DNA from: Azolla caroliniana
Lineage: Eukaryota > Plantae > Polypodiophyta
Direction of reading: 5' to 3'
Length of the DNA stretch: 64,000 bases
Assembly: GCA_043228905.1 (NCBI GenBank)
Contig: JBHGNT010000020.1
Coordinates: 1,364,001 to 1,428,000, forward strand
The position numbers were made by a program, and so were the translations under genes. Every line of letters starts with the position of its first letter. Positions within the stretch are counted from its first letter, which is position 1. Under the pieces are notes generated by a model. The model was not told the origin of the DNA. It saw only the letters and a program-made list of their open reading frames with translations, and did no database searches. Below are positions 62,501 to 64,000 of this stretch, one piece after another.

Positions 62501-63779
62501 GTACGAGATGGTGGACGGGTGGGTCCAAGACGGCGAGCCCGTGTCGGAACGGGCTACGGCGACAAAGGAGGAGAAGACCGACACGGAGGTCGGGTCTACG
62601 GCGGAAGAGCGAGACGAGATGCATGCAATACGGCCGATGGAGGGCCAAGACACAAGCATGCCTACGAAGGAGCCACATCGAGCGACCGAAGATGACGGTC
62701 GGATCACGCCTTCGAGAGGCGAATACGAGGAAGAAGGCGGCGACGACGAGACCTGGCACGATGCTAGGGAAGATTGGTGGGAAGAGGTGGCCTACGGAGA
62801 GGCTAAGACCGGCGGCCACGAAGATAAGGCCCGAGAGGGATCCTCCACACCGGCTATAGAGACTCCGGCGGTCGGCGCGAGTGCCAACGTGAGACCAAGA
62901 GTGGCGGACGGTGGCGGCGAGGGGACGAAGGCCACAACGGATGAAGGCACCGAGAGAGGCATACGGGAGGTCGCGGAGAACGAAGATGTATGCGCCCAAA
63001 AGAACGAACACGACATCACGAAGGATGTGTGCGGTCGAGCGGGCCAAGAGGGCCAAGAGGGTGTTCCTCCGAGCGAAACGGAGGTCGGGGAAGAAAGGTA
63101 CCTTTCCGAAAGGGTACGCGAGGAGGAGCGGAATGCGAAACGTGCAATGCGGCCGCATGAGGGCCAAGCAACGAGCACGGGAACGATGGTATGCTCTACG
63201 GCGAGAGAGCACAGCAAGCAAAGGGAAGGCGAAAAATGCGTGATGGGGTCATCGAAGGACCGAAGCACGAGCACGCATTCGGAGGACAACACCGACGTAC
63301 GGGGAAAGCCTACGGAAGGCAAGCGCGGAGCGAGAAGAGTCGGCACGACGAGGTGCGCGGCACGAAAAAGGCGGATCAGGAGGATATGCGAGGCGAACAA
63401 AGGGTCGGCAACGGCGTTCGGGAGGACCGAACGGGGAGGAAAGCGCGGGCATCGGATATGGCGGTCCGAGTGTAGTCGGTGGTTCGAGGAAACACGGTGG
63501 ACGTGGCGGATCGGGTGGAGGCAACGACTCGGCGAACGTCGTCAAGTGTGGCAGATCGGATGGAGCCGACGGTTCGAGACCATTCGGCGGAGATGGTGGG
63601 CCGGAAGGCGACGGTGGTTCGTGTGGACGGGGTGGACTTGCTCGAAGTGGAAGACGAAGCCGGGCAAGCCCACGAGGTTGTCAAGGGCTCGGTTGGCCGC
63701 CTTGGCCGAAAATCTCGCGTTTTGTCCCCTTTTGGCACATACCGGTGGATGTGCGGTTAGGTGGGGGCGGATGTCGTGA
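59502..63779 (+). CDS. 1425-aa protein: Gag-like N-terminus, long acidic repeat region, basic R/W-rich tail
   Basis: GRFDGKEVPKILRAY...WESFEGALMEAYG...FREFERRFSQL...KVLLFLK, then about 7 TFHTPxLE...GPSA..RPR..GGGGKAG repeats. No PR, RT, RH or INT motifs. Confidence 0.8.
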   Translation: MEEGFDFEEMMTKILMDAGRKRARREAAQQAVERVVRLVGRFDGKEVPKILRAYDAEMTGMGVDEATRLEFFRRAAAASKYEEVKELQEAHESWESFEGALMEAYGCAESEVRGRREFDRWVASARRHRSAMEAFREFERRFSQLSEWERRSVGADKVLLFLKTVHHEERMDIMFELQDDYGAHGLTEEWPEVEWVCWQYEARRSATTRPASGGEERATTDYAMPPDESSSRTGLEGPDLQALIREACGLVMAKIEAEEWLIAGSGPSGSEDAEEGASSHVEDGAYAEAEREWYIGTTGEGAERAALSTWGKRTTEDEVGDGEAAIADSSGHGGFGTWWPESSSTEETSGGTATFHAPVQETPAAGPSARVRPREKNGGGGKAGNRDNDKETAEEAAASITDACIYGGGAATDNDVRAEVATDITSTSGGPATLHASFLEITAAGPSARVRPMVKGGGGGKAGDHGVDTREGAEQATLSSRGKRAAMDEADIYGAMDATSRVGGSFGTRLPETFYEDFASILEACEMEEEDETSDGVATFHTPALEASAVGPSADTRPRATDGGGGKADNRNEDETGEEEAAASILDACETEDGVATDDDVRMEVATDERSGGVATFHTPVLETPAPGPRAGERPRVTDGGGGKAGNRNDDDMGEGAERATLSSCGEWTAKDEAGDYKAESATSKVGGRFGARRPKTSSGEEASGGAATFHTPALEASAVGPSADTRPRTTGGGGGKAGKQNDAENGEEEVVASILEAYGIGDGGAADNDVRTKAATETTSGGAGSLPTPILEAPMAGPSDGMRLSATGGDGGKAGNGNEKEDWSGRRQDPLTPGPETSAVVLECQRETGEMGGDREEVRPGESAYEDEYAGPGMGVYGGSDGEDRSGNEERVGNRPDRNTARKKKRVRAGEPGPNRREPARPIGRLRLRLRLRWEPVSARWRLTGHDDHGSGEKRKQTRPSIPTLETTAVADQHKTGETAGGGEESEAGAYEVTGTDIWYEMVDGWVQDGEPVSERATATKEEKTDTEVGSTAEERDEMHAIRPMEGQDTSMPTKEPHRATEDDGRITPSRGEYEEEGGDDETWHDAREDWWEEVAYGEAKTGGHEDKAREGSSTPAIETPAVGASANVRPRVADGGGEGTKATTDEGTERGIREVAENEDVCAQKNEHDITKDVCGRAGQEGQEGVPPSETEVGEERYLSERVREEERNAKRAMRPHEGQATSTGTMVCSTAREHSKQREGEKCVMGSSKDRSTSTHSEDNTDVRGKPTEGKRGARRVGTTRCAARKRRIRRICEANKGSATAFGRTERGGKRGHRIWRSECSRWFEETRWTWRIGWRQRLGERRQVWQIGWSRRFETIRRRWWAGRRRWFVWTGWTCSKWKTKPGKPTRLSRARLAALAENLAFCPLLAHTGGCAVRWGRMS

Positions 63780-64000
63780 AGATTTTCGTCCGTAGGCGGA
63801 AACCCGAGCGAAGCAAGCAAACCTGCGATGTGCAACATTGCACATCAACATGTTGTATTTCTATTTATCGATAGTGATAAGTATGGTGCTAGAAATGCAC
63901 CTTAGGATTTGTAAAGTGTAAAGATGATGTGCTTTTGCGCGCACATCCACGTGAGAGAGAGAGATAGGTACATAGTAGTTCGTGTAGAGGTGGGAGTTAA

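Larger units (their letters stand above)
58794..64000 (+). mobile_element. Young non-autonomous Gypsy-like LTR element without pol
   Basis: 5' LTR 58794-59459 (TGTCG...CGACA). The 3' LTR starts at 63772 and is identical over the 229 bp visible. G-rich PPT AGGTGGGGGCGGA. Confidence 0.9.

Overview
Eukaryotic, land-plant-type DNA made almost entirely of nested retroelements; no intact host gene is recognisable. Main parts, in order: a decayed L1-like LINE (1-2590). Old Copia fragments with inserted LTRs (3609-14570). A ~20.5-kb Gypsy element on the minus strand (16558-37102), whose extra 3' ORF is split by an intact Tork/Tnt1-like Copia (A), which itself has a sister Copia (B) in its 5' LTR. An RTEX-like LINE (38757-43180). 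A second Copia nest (decayed D, intact C, E). A young pol-less element with a tRNA-Trp PBS and one 1425-aa Gag-plus-repeats ORF (58794 to the window end). The most unusual signals are in the Gypsy element. It has no polypurine tract; a tRNA-Arg 3'-end copy (a second, inverted PBS) sits 2 nt from its 3' LTR instead. It is also flanked by a perfect 255-bp duplication, and the LTR end made by plus-strand priming is clipped by one base. All alignments and counts were done by eye, and family and tRNA assignments come from remembered motifs, not database searches.
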